A stretch of DNA of 64,000 nucleotides, taken from assembly GCA_964599285.1 (NCBI GenBank), contig CAZREI010000001.1, positions 34,562 through 98,561 of the forward strand, read 5' to 3'. The stretch is from an uncultured Candidatus Saccharibacteria bacterium (GTDB lineage Bacteria; Patescibacteriota; Minisyncoccia; Minisyncoccales; Staskawiczbacteraceae). Under the pieces are notes generated by a model that was not told the origin of the DNA, did not search any database, and saw only the letters and a list, made by a program, of their open reading frames with translations. Shown here piece by piece: positions 25,611 to 33,826 of this stretch (the first letter of the stretch is position 1; each line of letters starts with the position of its first letter). The position numbers and the translations under genes are program-made.

Positions 25611-26591
25611 ATGGAACAAAGCAATATACCAATCCCAAAACACATAAATAACTTCTTAGATTGGATAGATATTGAAAAAGGATTATCTTCTAAAACTCAA
25701 GAAAATTACCGCAGATTCCTTGAAAAATTTTTGGTTTGGTTGAAAAAAAATAATTTAGAAAGTTTGCTTCCCCACCAGCTAACCAAAGAACATATTTGGG
25801 ACTATAGGGTCCACTTATCACGTCATTCCCCTCGACCCAGCCGACCTGGGTACCCCGATAACCAGCCTTTAAAGAAGATAACCCAAAACTACTATTTAAT
25901 CGCTTTAAGGGCCTTTTTAGGCTATTTTGTGGCCAAAGACATACTTTCCATGCCTCCCGATAAAATAACGCTTTCTAGGCCCGATAAAGAGAAAATAGTG
26001 AAGTTTTTGACACTAGAACAGCTATATAAGCTATTTTTAGCTCCAGATACCTCTACGATGCAAGGATTGCGAGATAAAGCCATATTAGAGACCTTCTTTT
26101 CAACCGGAATGAGAATATCAGAGTTAACTTCTTTAAATCGGGAGCAAATTAAAATCAAACCAGGTGCAAATGAAATAGAACTTGGAATTGTCGGCAAGGG
26201 AGGCAGGGCTAGAACCGTTTATTTTTCAAAAAGCACCGTAGAATCGCTAAAAAAATACCTTGACGCGCGAGATACTCAAAACGATAAAGAAAAGGCATTA
26301 TTTGTAAGTTATAGCGGAAAAAAAAATTCACCACACAGATTAACTCCAAGAGCCATTGAAAAAAACTTAAAAAAATACATCATTTTGGCGGGTCTGCCGG
26401 TCACCACAACCCCCCATGTCCTGCGCCATAGCTTTGCTACTGATTTATTGACCCAAGGCGTGGATTTAAGAGTTATCCAGGAATTTCTGGGACATAAAAG
26501 CATTGTTGCCACTCAAATATATGCCCATGTTACGAGTAAAAAATTAAAAGATATCCACCAAAAATTCCACGGCGAGCCAGGTTCAAAGTAA
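25611..26591 (+). CDS. tyrosine recombinase, XerC/XerD-like
   Basis: 'HVLRHSFATDLLTQGVDLRVIQEFLGHKSIVATQIYAHV' (R-H-R-Y catalytic region) and 'GKGGRARTVYF'. Confidence 0.85.
   Translation: MEQSNIPIPKHINNFLDWIDIEKGLSSKTQENYRRFLEKFLVWLKKNNLESLLPHQLTKEHIWDYRVHLSRHSPRPSRPGYPDNQPLKKITQNYYLIALRAFLGYFVAKDILSMPPDKITLSRPDKEKIVKFLTLEQLYKLFLAPDTSTMQGLRDKAILETFFSTGMRISELTSLNREQIKIKPGANEIELGIVGKGGRARTVYFSKSTVESLKKYLDARDTQNDKEKALFVSYSGKKNSPHRLTPRAIEKNLKKYIILAGLPVTTTPHVLRHSFATDLLTQGVDLRVIQEFLGHKSIVATQIYAHVTSKKLKDIHQKFHGEPGSK
25821..25858. repeat. intragenic in-frame repeat word in the recombinase gene
   Basis: 'cgtcattcccctcgacccagccgacctgggtaccccga' (family C-like GTCATTCC plus a cccag..ctggg hairpin) encodes 'RHSPRPSRPGYPD'. 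Confidence 0.45.
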
Positions 26592-26631
26592 CAAACTGTC
26601 AGCCGTTTTAGTCACTCTCCCCAATCCTAAT

Positions 26632-26729
26632 GTGTCGCACAATAAAACGCTCCTACCCACCTACGAGTAGGAGTGTTTTGTCGGTCGCTAAGCGGACCCT
26701 GACCCCGCTCAGCGGGGTCGCATAATAAG
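26632..26729 (-). repeat. composite: truncated family B tail, 24-nt hairpin module, full family B copy (left island boundary)
   Basis: 'gtcgcacaataaaacgctcctacccacctacgagtaggagtgttttgtcggtcgctaagcggaccctgaccccgctcagcggggtcgcataataag'. Confidence 0.85.
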
Positions 26730-26804
26730 ATTGAGGCAAAGAAAAAGCCCTGCGCATTGCTGACGCCGGGCCTGTTTTTTTTTGCGTGGTAAGCGTGGAT
26801 ACGC

Positions 26805-27512
26805 TTACGGTTTTTGAGCTTGGGGTTGCTGTCCTTGATTCCAAACTTCGATACAGTAGCTGCGATAGTGGTACCTCGAGTCTCCTTCATCTAAAGCCAC
26901 CAAAAGAAGATCAGTATGGACAGGAAAACGCTTCATTGAGCTTGGATTTTCCAGGTGAAAATCTCGCGGGATATGCCGCACCCACAATTCCCGTACCTCA
27001 AATTGTACGTCAGCACATTTTTCCCGCAAAACCTTCATAATCTGTGCCACGGATACAGAAAGACTTTGGTCATTTACATCTATGACTCTTGGAAGCCAAC
27101 TAGCGTCTGTTTGCATGGTTTTAGAGTAATAGACAGCGAAGGCTATACCAAGAATGATACTGGGTAACCCACCGTATTTGCAGGATACCACAAACCAAAT
27201 AGGAGGGTCGGTAAAACATGCCGTAACACCCATCCCAAAAATCCCGAAAAGAGCCAAGATAGCTGCAATAACAATGGGAGGACCTAGGGCGTCGTACAGC
27301 TTTTCATCTAAACGACGGGCGTTACGAACTGCACTATCCATGTATGCTGTCACGGATTCACGCGTAAACGGCTGGATTCCCAGCTGCTCCATGGCCAAAC
27401 ACAGGGGTGTTAACGCCTCGGTTTTTTCGGGGCCAGACTCTTGGTCAGCTTGAGAAGATTCGCTTTCAACTTGAAATCGAATCGGCCGGCGTTCTAACAA
27501 TGCGGTGCTCAC
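26805..27512 (-). CDS. hypothetical membrane protein (island cargo)
   Basis: 235 aa with central hydrophobic helices 'PPIVIAAILALFGIFGMGVTACF' and 'GGLPSIILGIAFAVYY'. No motif recognised. Confidence 0.5.
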   Translation of the reverse strand: MSTALLERRPIRFQVESESSQADQESGPEKTEALTPLCLAMEQLGIQPFTRESVTAYMDSAVRNARRLDEKLYDALGPPIVIAAILALFGIFGMGVTACFTDPPIWFVVSCKYGGLPSIILGIAFAVYYSKTMQTDASWLPRVIDVNDQSLSVSVAQIMKVLREKCADVQFEVRELWVRHIPRDFHLENPSSMKRFPVHTDLLLVALDEGDSRYHYRSYCIEVWNQGQQPQAQKP

Positions 27513-27615
27513 GACGCAATCCTTTCACTCAAGAAAGTAGCAGGAGCCACAAAACGCTTGTGGCAAAAAGAAGGAACTGGTTTTATGCTAACACGAGCGC
27601 GACACCCAGTCAACG

Positions 27616-27671
27616 AAGTCGGTCCGCTCAGCGGACCGAAACCCCGCTTAGCGGGGTTGCACAATAAAAAG
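27616..27671 (-). repeat. family B double-hairpin element
   Basis: 'gaagtcggtccgctcagcggaccgaaaccccgcttagcggggttgcacaataaaaag'. Confidence 0.85.
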
Positions 27672-27711
27672 CACTCTTGTCGCATAATTACTTATTTGCT
27701 ATACTTATACT

Positions 27712-28212
27712 ATGACAGCGAAAATATCAGAATTTAATTTAGCTCAACTTGCCAGCGATGACGGCTGTTTTGATTTGCAGTTTCGCAAGGATACTCGGCA
27801 CGATCGCACCGGCTCCCCCACTTACTATCGCTGGAAGGCGCAATTTATTATTACCCTGCCAAAAGAACAAGTTGACATTTTGGAAAAAGCTAAAAAAACT
27901 ATCGGCTGTGGTACGGTTTCAAAAACTGCTACACAAGCCCGATTTTCGGTCCAGAACATTGATGATATTGCCGATGGCGTAATCCCCTACTTTACCCAAC
28001 ACAAGCTGTCGGGCAATAAAAAACAAGATTTTTCGCTGTGGCAAAAAGCCGTCCAAATTATTTACCAAAATAAGCGGACGCCGCTTTCCAAATGGAAAAA
28101 GAATGATTTGTTGAGCCTTCTGCAAATCCACAAAGCCAGCGCCAAATATAAAATAAAACCCAAAAAATCCAAGTGGATGGAGATGGCACAAGTGTTAGTT
28201 AAAAAACCGTAA
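27712..28212 (+). CDS. LAGLIDADG-family homing endonuclease, single-motif (homodimer-size), free-standing
   Basis: 'FNLAQLASDDGCFDL' is a LAGLIDADG-type motif. 166 aa. 'GVIPYFTQHKLSGNKKQDFSLW' is typical of the family. Confidence 0.75.
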   Translation: MTAKISEFNLAQLASDDGCFDLQFRKDTRHDRTGSPTYYRWKAQFIITLPKEQVDILEKAKKTIGCGTVSKTATQARFSVQNIDDIADGVIPYFTQHKLSGNKKQDFSLWQKAVQIIYQNKRTPLSKWKKNDLLSLLQIHKASAKYKIKPKKSKWMEMAQVLVKKP

Positions 28213-28227
28213 ATACATCAGCAACTT

Positions 28228-28287
28228 GTCATTCCCAGCTCGACTGCCTTTAAAAAAACTCTGGATCCCCGCTTTCGCGAGGATGAC
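28228..28287. repeat. family C variant (GTCATTCC...GGATGAC)
   Basis: 'gtcattcccagctcgactgcc...ctggatccccgctttcgcgaggatgac'. Confidence 0.6.
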
Positions 28288-28323
28288 TAGTGGAGAAAAA
28301 AAGTTGCGAATAACGAAAAGAAA

Positions 28324-28353
28324 GAACCGCAGAAACGCTCTGCGGTTTTTTTG
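28324..28353 (+). terminator. rho-independent terminator
   Basis: aaccgcaga-aacgct-ctgcggtt followed by tttttg. Confidence 0.6.
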
Positions 28354-28368
28354 TTGCGCAAAGGACAG

Positions 28369-28728
28369 TTATTGGGTTTGTGCTGTTTGGTAGGACGGCA
28401 CCACTTCAAACACGATGGCCGTGAAACCAACATACCTTTTTGTTTGGTAGTAGCGCCAGCGACTTGCGTCCTTGTTTGAAACAAGGCTTTGCGCCCATTG
28501 CCGATGCTCCGTTGTATTTTTGGAAACCAACGAATCTTCAATGACTACCGCCACGTAGGCGCAACGATCCCGTTCCGAAAAACTCATTTCTGGCGCGGTT
28601 GTTTCATCCACGAATACCACGTAATCGGGAATGTCTTTTGCGTACGTCGCAACAAAATACGTAACAACATTGGAAGCAACAATCGCCAAAATTACCAGAG
28701 CGTGCCACCGCAGATTTTTAGAAACCAT
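28369..28728 (-). CDS. hypothetical membrane-anchored protein (island cargo)
   Basis: 119 aa with N-terminal TM 'WHALVILAIVASNVVTYFVATY'. Confidence 0.35.
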   Translation of the reverse strand: MVSKNLRWHALVILAIVASNVVTYFVATYAKDIPDYVVFVDETTAPEMSFSERDRCAYVAVVIEDSLVSKNTTEHRQWAQSLVSNKDASRWRYYQTKRYVGFTAIVFEVVPSYQTAQTQ

Positions 28729-28858
28729 CGCAAAACCCCTTTGCGTTAGAAATCGAAGTTATGCAGGTGCTGGGTTTATTGTACTGCGAATGGATGCAAG
28801 AAAAAAGCCCCTCCACACGCGTGTGCGAAGGGGCTTGGCGATACTTTTGAGCATCGCC

Positions 28859-30295
28859 CTAAATCAAGGTCATTGTAGGAGCTGTAACGGGTGGAGTCGA
28901 ATCCATCGTTCCGGTTGTTGCACCAGTCGTAAATTTGACCCACGACAATGCGATGGTCGCGGTTGTTCCCGGCGGAAGGCCACCTATACCCACCGAAGCG
29001 TAAGATACAAATACTGCCATCATCAATCCAGCGCCACCGTTGGGAACGGCAAGATTCAAACCAGTCAGGTATGCAATTCCATTTACCGGAGCCGCGCACA
29101 CCGTTCCTACGCAAATATTGGTAACGGCGTTGTTGGTAACCGTGAACTTCAGTGCGGTAATAGTCAAGGCACCACCTACCGAAACAAAGTTGTAGGTTGC
29201 CTGGGAAGCATTGACAGCTCCACTACTACCGACCGCGATGGATTGCGACGGCGTTGTAAGAGCGGTAACAATCGTGGGGCGGCTCAAATGGCCGATACTT
29301 AGTGTTAAAGTTTGGCCAGTGATCGGGCCGACCGTAGCCGGAATGTTGTCAACCACGCCGATAGACGAAACTGTCAGCATGGTGGCAATGGTGCCGCTGA
29401 TATCTGGACCGGTGTCGGTAAAGATGTCGAGTACCATGGACTGTCCGGACTGCAAGATGTCGTTAACCGAGAATACATCGTTGCCCGTTGGCTGAATGGC
29501 TTGTGAGCCAGAGCCAGTGGTGTCCGAAGTCTTCAAGCCCGAAAAGTTACTGAAAGTCGTGCCCGCCACGGTCGTGGCAATGCTCAAGGAACTGATCCGG
29601 ATAGCTTCCGACGTTCCCAAGTTTTGTAAAACGTAAGAACCAATCTTTACGTTAGTCGTATTGGGCGCAACGGTTTGGTTTAGGTAAGCGGAATTTTGAG
29701 AAACTACCAGTAACGCGGCGGATTTCAAATGGTGGAGCGTTGGACTTGCGCCACCATACGCCACATGGGAATTAGGAACCGGCGTATTGCGCAAGTCGGC
29801 AAAAAACGCCTGGGCTAATTCCACACCAATCTTGTCTCCCGTGAAGTGGCTGCCAAAGTAAGCGACCACTTGCAGATGGATCAAACGATTTGGCCGAGCC
29901 CACGCCGGATAGAAGGTGCGAAAATCAACCACGTCGGTTTGGTAGTTTGCGCGCGCCGCGGCAATAGGGGTTTCGCAGCCATCTCGCGAATCGCCGTTAA
30001 GGTCAGCCAGAAGCCTCATGCCTATGGTATTAGGCCACAAAACTTCGCTTCCCACGGCCGGGACCAACAGCATTTCTGTCAGCCTTGCGTACGATCGGTT
30101 CGTAGTATTGATGGTCATGTCGGCGATCACCCGATTGGTGGCGCCCGGCAAGATGTTCAACGGCCTTTCGGGCAGGTTCATTACCTGCACCATAGGCGGC
30201 ACAACCGGCGGCAGTGGAGGCAAAAAACCTCCTGTCGGCAATTCCCTATACTCCAACTGTTCCAGCGAAAGACGGCAAACATTCTTCTTGGACAT
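28859..30295 (-). CDS. GC-rich secreted beta-rich orphan protein with an 'LxLEQLExR' N-terminal motif
   Basis: 478 aa. N-terminus 'CRLSLEQLEYRELPTG' followed by a Pro-rich stretch, then Thr/Ser/Gly/Val-rich sequence. Confidence 0.55.
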   Translation of the reverse strand: MSKKNVCRLSLEQLEYRELPTGGFLPPLPPVVPPMVQVMNLPERPLNILPGATNRVIADMTINTTNRSYARLTEMLLVPAVGSEVLWPNTIGMRLLADLNGDSRDGCETPIAAARANYQTDVVDFRTFYPAWARPNRLIHLQVVAYFGSHFTGDKIGVELAQAFFADLRNTPVPNSHVAYGGASPTLHHLKSAALLVVSQNSAYLNQTVAPNTTNVKIGSYVLQNLGTSEAIRISSLSIATTVAGTTFSNFSGLKTSDTTGSGSQAIQPTGNDVFSVNDILQSGQSMVLDIFTDTGPDISGTIATMLTVSSIGVVDNIPATVGPITGQTLTLSIGHLSRPTIVTALTTPSQSIAVGSSGAVNASQATYNFVSVGGALTITALKFTVTNNAVTNICVGTVCAAPVNGIAYLTGLNLAVPNGGAGLMMAVFVSYASVGIGGLPPGTTATIALSWVKFTTGATTGTMDSTPPVTAPTMTLI

Positions 30296-30413
30296 TGCAC
30301 GTTCTCCTAAAATATAATGAGCTTTCCTTCACGCTTTTTAGGGCGTATTCCTTCACACGAAAGAATATTTTAGCTTAGCACACTTTGTATATTTTGTCCA
30401 TACTTTGACCAAT

Positions 30414-30552
30414 CTTGTCGGTCCGCTAAGCGGACCTTGACCCCGCTCAGCGGGGTCGCATAATAAAACACTCCTACTCGTAGGTGGGTAGGAGTGTTTT
30501 GTCGGTCCGCTACGCGGACCCTGACCCCGCTCAGCGGGGTCGTATAATATAA
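30414..30552 (-). repeat. composite: family B copy, 24-nt hairpin module (flipped), family B copy (right island boundary)
   Basis: 'cttgtcggtccgctaagcggaccttgaccccgctcagcggggtcgcataataaaacactcctactcgtaggtgggtaggagtgttttgtcggtccgctacgcggaccctgaccccgctcagcggggtcgtataatat'. Confidence 0.85.
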
Positions 30553-30559
30553 ATCTGAA

Positions 30560-30587
30560 GATTGCTTCGCTGCGGCTCGCAATGACG
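30560..30587. repeat. family C element
   Basis: 'gattgcttcgctgcggctcgcaatgacg'. Confidence 0.8.
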
Positions 30588-30616
30588 ACGGTGAAAAAAA
30601 TGACGACTATAAAAAA

Positions 30617-30661
30617 TTCGTGATTCGTGGAAATTCGTTCGTCAATTCGTGTTCATTCGTT
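30617..30661. repeat. family D-like half element (ATTCGT words)
   Basis: 'attcgtgattcgtggaaattcgttcgtcaattcgtgttcattcgt'. Confidence 0.5.
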
Positions 30662-30663
30662 TT

Positions 30664-31350
30664 TTACTTCCCGAAGCGGCGGTGGCGGCTGTCAAATTCC
30701 TCCAGCGCTTTATCAAAGTCTTCCTTGGTAAAATCCGGCCAGAGTTTTTCGGAAAAATAGAGTTCCGCGTAGGCCGCTTGCCATAAGACAAAATTAGACA
30801 AGCGCATCTGGCCGCCGGCGCGGATGACCAAATCCGGATCGGGCAAGCCCGCCGTTGATAAATAATTTTCAAACAGTTCTTCGGTTATTTTTTCTGCCGG
30901 AATTTTCTCCTGGATGATTTTTTTGACCGCTTGCACAATGTCCCATTTTCCGCCGTAGCTTACGGCCAGATTCAAATGTAATTTTTGATTTTTCGCGGTT
31001 TGAGTTTCTACATTTTCCACCACTTTTTTTAAAGATGAAGATAATTTTTCTTTTTGGCCGATGACGCGCACCCGCACGCCTTCTTGGTTAAACCGATCAA
31101 TGCCTTGGCTAAGGTATTTTTCAAACACGTGCATTAAAAAATCAACCTGATCTTGCGGGCGCTTCCAATTTTCACTGGAAAATCCAAAAACGGTGACCAC
31201 CTTCACTCCCCTTTCCTTGCACCAGCCCAAAAAATCATTGAATTTATCTTTGCCTTTTAGGTAACCGTCTTGCATCAAAAAACCCTTTTCTTGCGCCCAG
31301 CGCCGGTTGCCATCGGGAAATAAGACGATATGATTTGGTACCTTTGACAT
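30664..31350 (-). CDS. uppS: undecaprenyl-diphosphate synthase
   Basis: 'HIVLFPDGNRRWAQEKG', 'VTVFGFSSENWKRP' and 'DLVIRAGGQMRLSNFVLWQAAYAELYF'. Confidence 0.9.
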   Translation of the reverse strand: MSKVPNHIVLFPDGNRRWAQEKGFLMQDGYLKGKDKFNDFLGWCKERGVKVVTVFGFSSENWKRPQDQVDFLMHVFEKYLSQGIDRFNQEGVRVRVIGQKEKLSSSLKKVVENVETQTAKNQKLHLNLAVSYGGKWDIVQAVKKIIQEKIPAEKITEELFENYLSTAGLPDPDLVIRAGGQMRLSNFVLWQAAYAELYFSEKLWPDFTKEDFDKALEEFDSRHRRFGK

Positions 31351-31378
31351 AGATTACAGTATACACGATGGAAAATTT

Positions 31379-31407
31379 TTGACAAATACAGGTATTCTTG
31401 CTAACAT
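31379..31407 (+). promoter_or_regulatory. candidate sigma70-type promoter for rpmA
   Basis: TTGACA (31379-31384), a 17-nt spacer, then TAACAT (31402-31407). Confidence 0.4.
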
Positions 31408-31444
31408 ACAATTGTTATGTAATTGAACTATTAAAGTTATTATC

Positions 31445-31530
31445 TTGCTACGAAATACGAATTTTTTACGAATATACGAAACTAAACGCTTATGTTCGTA
31501 TATTCGCAGGTAATTCGTATTTCGTAGAGA
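31445..31530. repeat. family D long hairpin, copy 2 (rpmA leader)
   Basis: 'gctacgaaatacgaattttttacgaatatacgaa...ttcgtatattcgcaggtaattcgtatttcgtagaga' ends 5 nt before ATG 31536. Confidence 0.85.
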
Positions 31531-31535
31531 AATTC

Positions 31536-31814
31536 ATGTCAACAAGTAAATCATCAGGTTCATCCAGGCTCGGCCGAGATTCGGCCGCACAGCGCCTTGG
31601 CATTAAGCGATACGCCGGCCAAACGGTAAAAACCGGCATGATCATCGTGCGCCAGCGCGGCACGCGGTATTTGCCTGGAAAAAATGTAAAACGCGGATCG
31701 GACGATACGCTCTACGCCTACAAACCGGGAACGGTGCGGTTTGCAACTAAATTAAAAAAGTTATTTAATGGACGGCAACGGCAGGTTAAGGTGGTGAATG
31801 TAGACGCAAAATAA
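31536..31814 (+). CDS. rpmA: ribosomal protein L27
   Basis: '[56 protein letters not shown]'. The start was trimmed to ATG 31536. Confidence 0.9.
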   Translation: MSTSKSSGSSRLGRDSAAQRLGIKRYAGQTVKTGMIIVRQRGTRYLPGKNVKRGSDDTLYAYKPGTVRFATKLKKLFNGRQRQVKVVNVDAK

Positions 31815-31832
31815 ATAATTATTTATTTTACG

Positions 31833-31968
31833 TAAATCACAAACCACAAATTACAAATCACAAACAATATCTAAATTCGAATTTTTAAAACTAAAACTTA
31901 TTTAGAATTTCGGGTTTTAGTAATTGGAATTTGTTTGTAATTTGTTTATTGTAATTTGGAATTTAACA
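31833..31968. repeat. family E long hairpin, copy 2
   Basis: Arms 'aaatcacaaaccacaaattacaaatcacaaac' and 'gaatttgtttgtaatttgtttattgtaatttgg'. Confidence 0.7.
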
Positions 31969-31988
31969 AAAAATAGAATCTCTCGATT

Positions 31989-33611
31989 CTATTTTTTGTT
32001 TGTGGCTTTGATAAATTCCCTAAACAGCGGATTGGGCTTGAGCGGGCGCGACGTAAATTCCGGGTGGAACTGGGTTCCCAACATAAACGGATGCACGGAT
32101 TTTGGTAGTTCGGCAATTTCCATCAACCGACCATCGGGGGAGGTGCCGCTAAACACAAGCCCCGCGTCCGAAAGCGGTTTTATATAATCCATATTTACCT
32201 CGTATCGATGCCGATGACGCTCACGAACTTCGCTGGCTCCATACGCTTCTTTGGCAATAGTTTTTGGATGCAATACACACGGATAGCCGCCCAGGCGCAT
32301 GGTGCCTCCGTAGTCCTGCCGAGACATTTTATCTTTTTGTTCAACCATCAAATCAATAACCTTGTGCGGCGCATCGGGATTTACTTCGGCGGTGTTTGCA
32401 TTTTTTAACCCCGCGACGTTCCTGGCATATTCAATAACCATCCACTGCATGCCATAGCACAGTCCAAGGTACGGAATTTTGTTGACACGAGCAAACTCAA
32501 TGGCAAGCACAATGCCCTCCACTCCCCTGCTGCCAAATCCGCCAGGAACCACGATGCCATCGTAGGCGCGCAGTTGCTCCAACTTTTTGGGATCTTTTTC
32601 ATATTCTTCGGAATCAAGATAAGAAAGTTTTATCCCCACATTCTGATCGGCGCACGCATGTTTTAGGGCTTCAATGACGGAAATATAAACGTCTGACAGA
32701 ACGTAGTCTCCCGACATAAAATATTTTCCAACGACGGCAATTTGCAATTTTTTACTGCCATTTTTTACTTTGGCGACAAAACCCTCCCATTCTTTTAAAT
32801 TGGTTGGACGGTGTTTCAATCCCAACACATCGCATAAAATATCTCCCAATCCGTCTTTTTCAAAATTCAAAGGCACGTCGTAAATGCTTTCCACGTCCGG
32901 AGCCGAGATAACACGCTCTGGCAATACGTTGCAAAACGTGGCGATTTTTTCTTTGCGTTTTTGGTCAAGCGGTACGGTGGCACGGGCCAAAATAATATCT
33001 GCCTGCAGTCCCGCCGCATTGAGTTCCCGATTGGCGTGTTGAGTAGGTTTGGTTTTCATTTCTCCAATGTGATTTGGTGAATGCACATAGGAAACCAAAA
33101 CATTGGCAACATCATGGGGATGTTGATGCTTTAATAGACGCGCGGCTTCTAAAAATAAAATATTATCGTAGTCGCCAACCGTTCCACCAATTTCAATAAC
33201 CACAATATCGGCTTTTGACTCCGATCCTGCAGCCTTAATGCGACGAATAACATCAAGAGGCACATCGGGAACCACTTGGACGGTCTTGCCCCCGTATTCC
33301 AAATTGCGCTCTTTGCGGATGACTTCCTGGTAGACCCGACCCGTGGTCATGTAGTTAATAGACGGCAGTGTTTCATCCAGAAACCTTTCGTAGTTGCCCA
33401 TGTCTTGATCGGTTTCATAGCCGTCGTCCAAAACAAAAACCTCGCCGTGTTCGGTGGGGTTCATAGTGCCCGCATCAACGTTGATGTAAGGGTCGATTTT
33501 TAGGGCAGTAACCGTATATCCTTTTGATTTAAGAATGCGGGAGATCGAAGAAGAAGCTATGCCTTTGCCGATTCCGGACATCACGCCGCCGGCGACGAAA
33601 ATATACTTCAT
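31989..33611 (-). CDS. pyrG: CTP synthase
   Basis: 'KYIFVAGGVMSGIGKG' and the glutaminase domain 'GLCYGMQ' and 'HRHRYEVN'. Confidence 0.95.
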   Translation of the reverse strand: MKYIFVAGGVMSGIGKGIASSSISRILKSKGYTVTALKIDPYINVDAGTMNPTEHGEVFVLDDGYETDQDMGNYERFLDETLPSINYMTTGRVYQEVIRKERNLEYGGKTVQVVPDVPLDVIRRIKAAGSESKADIVVIEIGGTVGDYDNILFLEAARLLKHQHPHDVANVLVSYVHSPNHIGEMKTKPTQHANRELNAAGLQADIILARATVPLDQKRKEKIATFCNVLPERVISAPDVESIYDVPLNFEKDGLGDILCDVLGLKHRPTNLKEWEGFVAKVKNGSKKLQIAVVGKYFMSGDYVLSDVYISVIEALKHACADQNVGIKLSYLDSEEYEKDPKKLEQLRAYDGIVVPGGFGSRGVEGIVLAIEFARVNKIPYLGLCYGMQWMVIEYARNVAGLKNANTAEVNPDAPHKVIDLMVEQKDKMSRQDYGGTMRLGGYPCVLHPKTIAKEAYGASEVRERHRHRYEVNMDYIKPLSDAGLVFSGTSPDGRLMEIAELPKSVHPFMLGTQFHPEFTSRPLKPNPLFREFIKATNKK

Positions 33612-33826
33612 GATAATGGTAATGCAAATCTACAAATCTCATGCGAATGCCGCGAAATTGCGAATGCTACAAATCTTGGATTGCCGCGTGTCCGGCTTGC
33701 GAGCCGGCACTCGCAATGACGACGAGCGCATATACGCCTCTCACCGTCATTGCGAGCCGCAGCGTGGCAATCCAGACACATTAGCAATTTTGTAGATTAG
33801 CATGAGATTTGTAGATTTGCATTGCC
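33612..33826. repeat. family G composite long hairpin with a family C pair at its centre
   Basis: The left arm 'ggtaatgcaaatctacaaatctcatgc' and right arm 'gcatgagatttgtagatttgcattgcc' enclose 33679-33773 ('ggattgccgcg...cgcaatgacg' / 'cgtcattgcgagccgcagcgtggcaatcc'). Confidence 0.8.

Noticed and set aside
24304-26729. Integron-like reading of [gene]-[family B]-[gene]-[family B] next to a tyrosine recombinase
   Set aside because: Family B folds as two separate short hairpins rather than one long attC-type imperfect hairpin with RYYYAAC/GTTRRRY ends. The recombinase shows no obvious IntI-specific insertion near its catalytic region. The idea survives only as a remote analogy.
26627-26890. ORFs whose products read through repeats (also 30370-30582, 55677-55877, 16998-17264, 8830-9090, 40253-40453, 9119-9346)
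   Set aside because: Their sequences are translations of family A, B or C elements (for example 'ATPLSGVRVRLADRQ' and 'LRSGLAMT'). They show no independent coding signal.
28631-29302. 223-aa plus-strand ORF rich in Arg/Cys/Ser
   Set aside because: It overlaps and is antisense to 28369-28728 and 28859-30295. Its composition is typical of the antisense frame of a GC-rich gene.
11253-30552. Possibility that the family B repeats form a CRISPR array
   Set aside because: Spacing is irregular (from adjacent to several kb) and both orientations occur. Whole genes lie between copies, and no cas genes are present.
31398-31535. ORF-track N-terminal extensions (also 46530-46628 tyrS, 63405-63440 pyrB, 24411-24479 GNAT, 25124-25177, 10347-10448 UDG, 6766-6837 folA, 40026-40106, 14591-14611 sortase, 49494-49589)
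   Set aside because: The extensions read through repeats, terminators or promoters, and they precede an internal ATG that has a better SD or the conserved protein N-terminus. Starts were trimmed accordingly.
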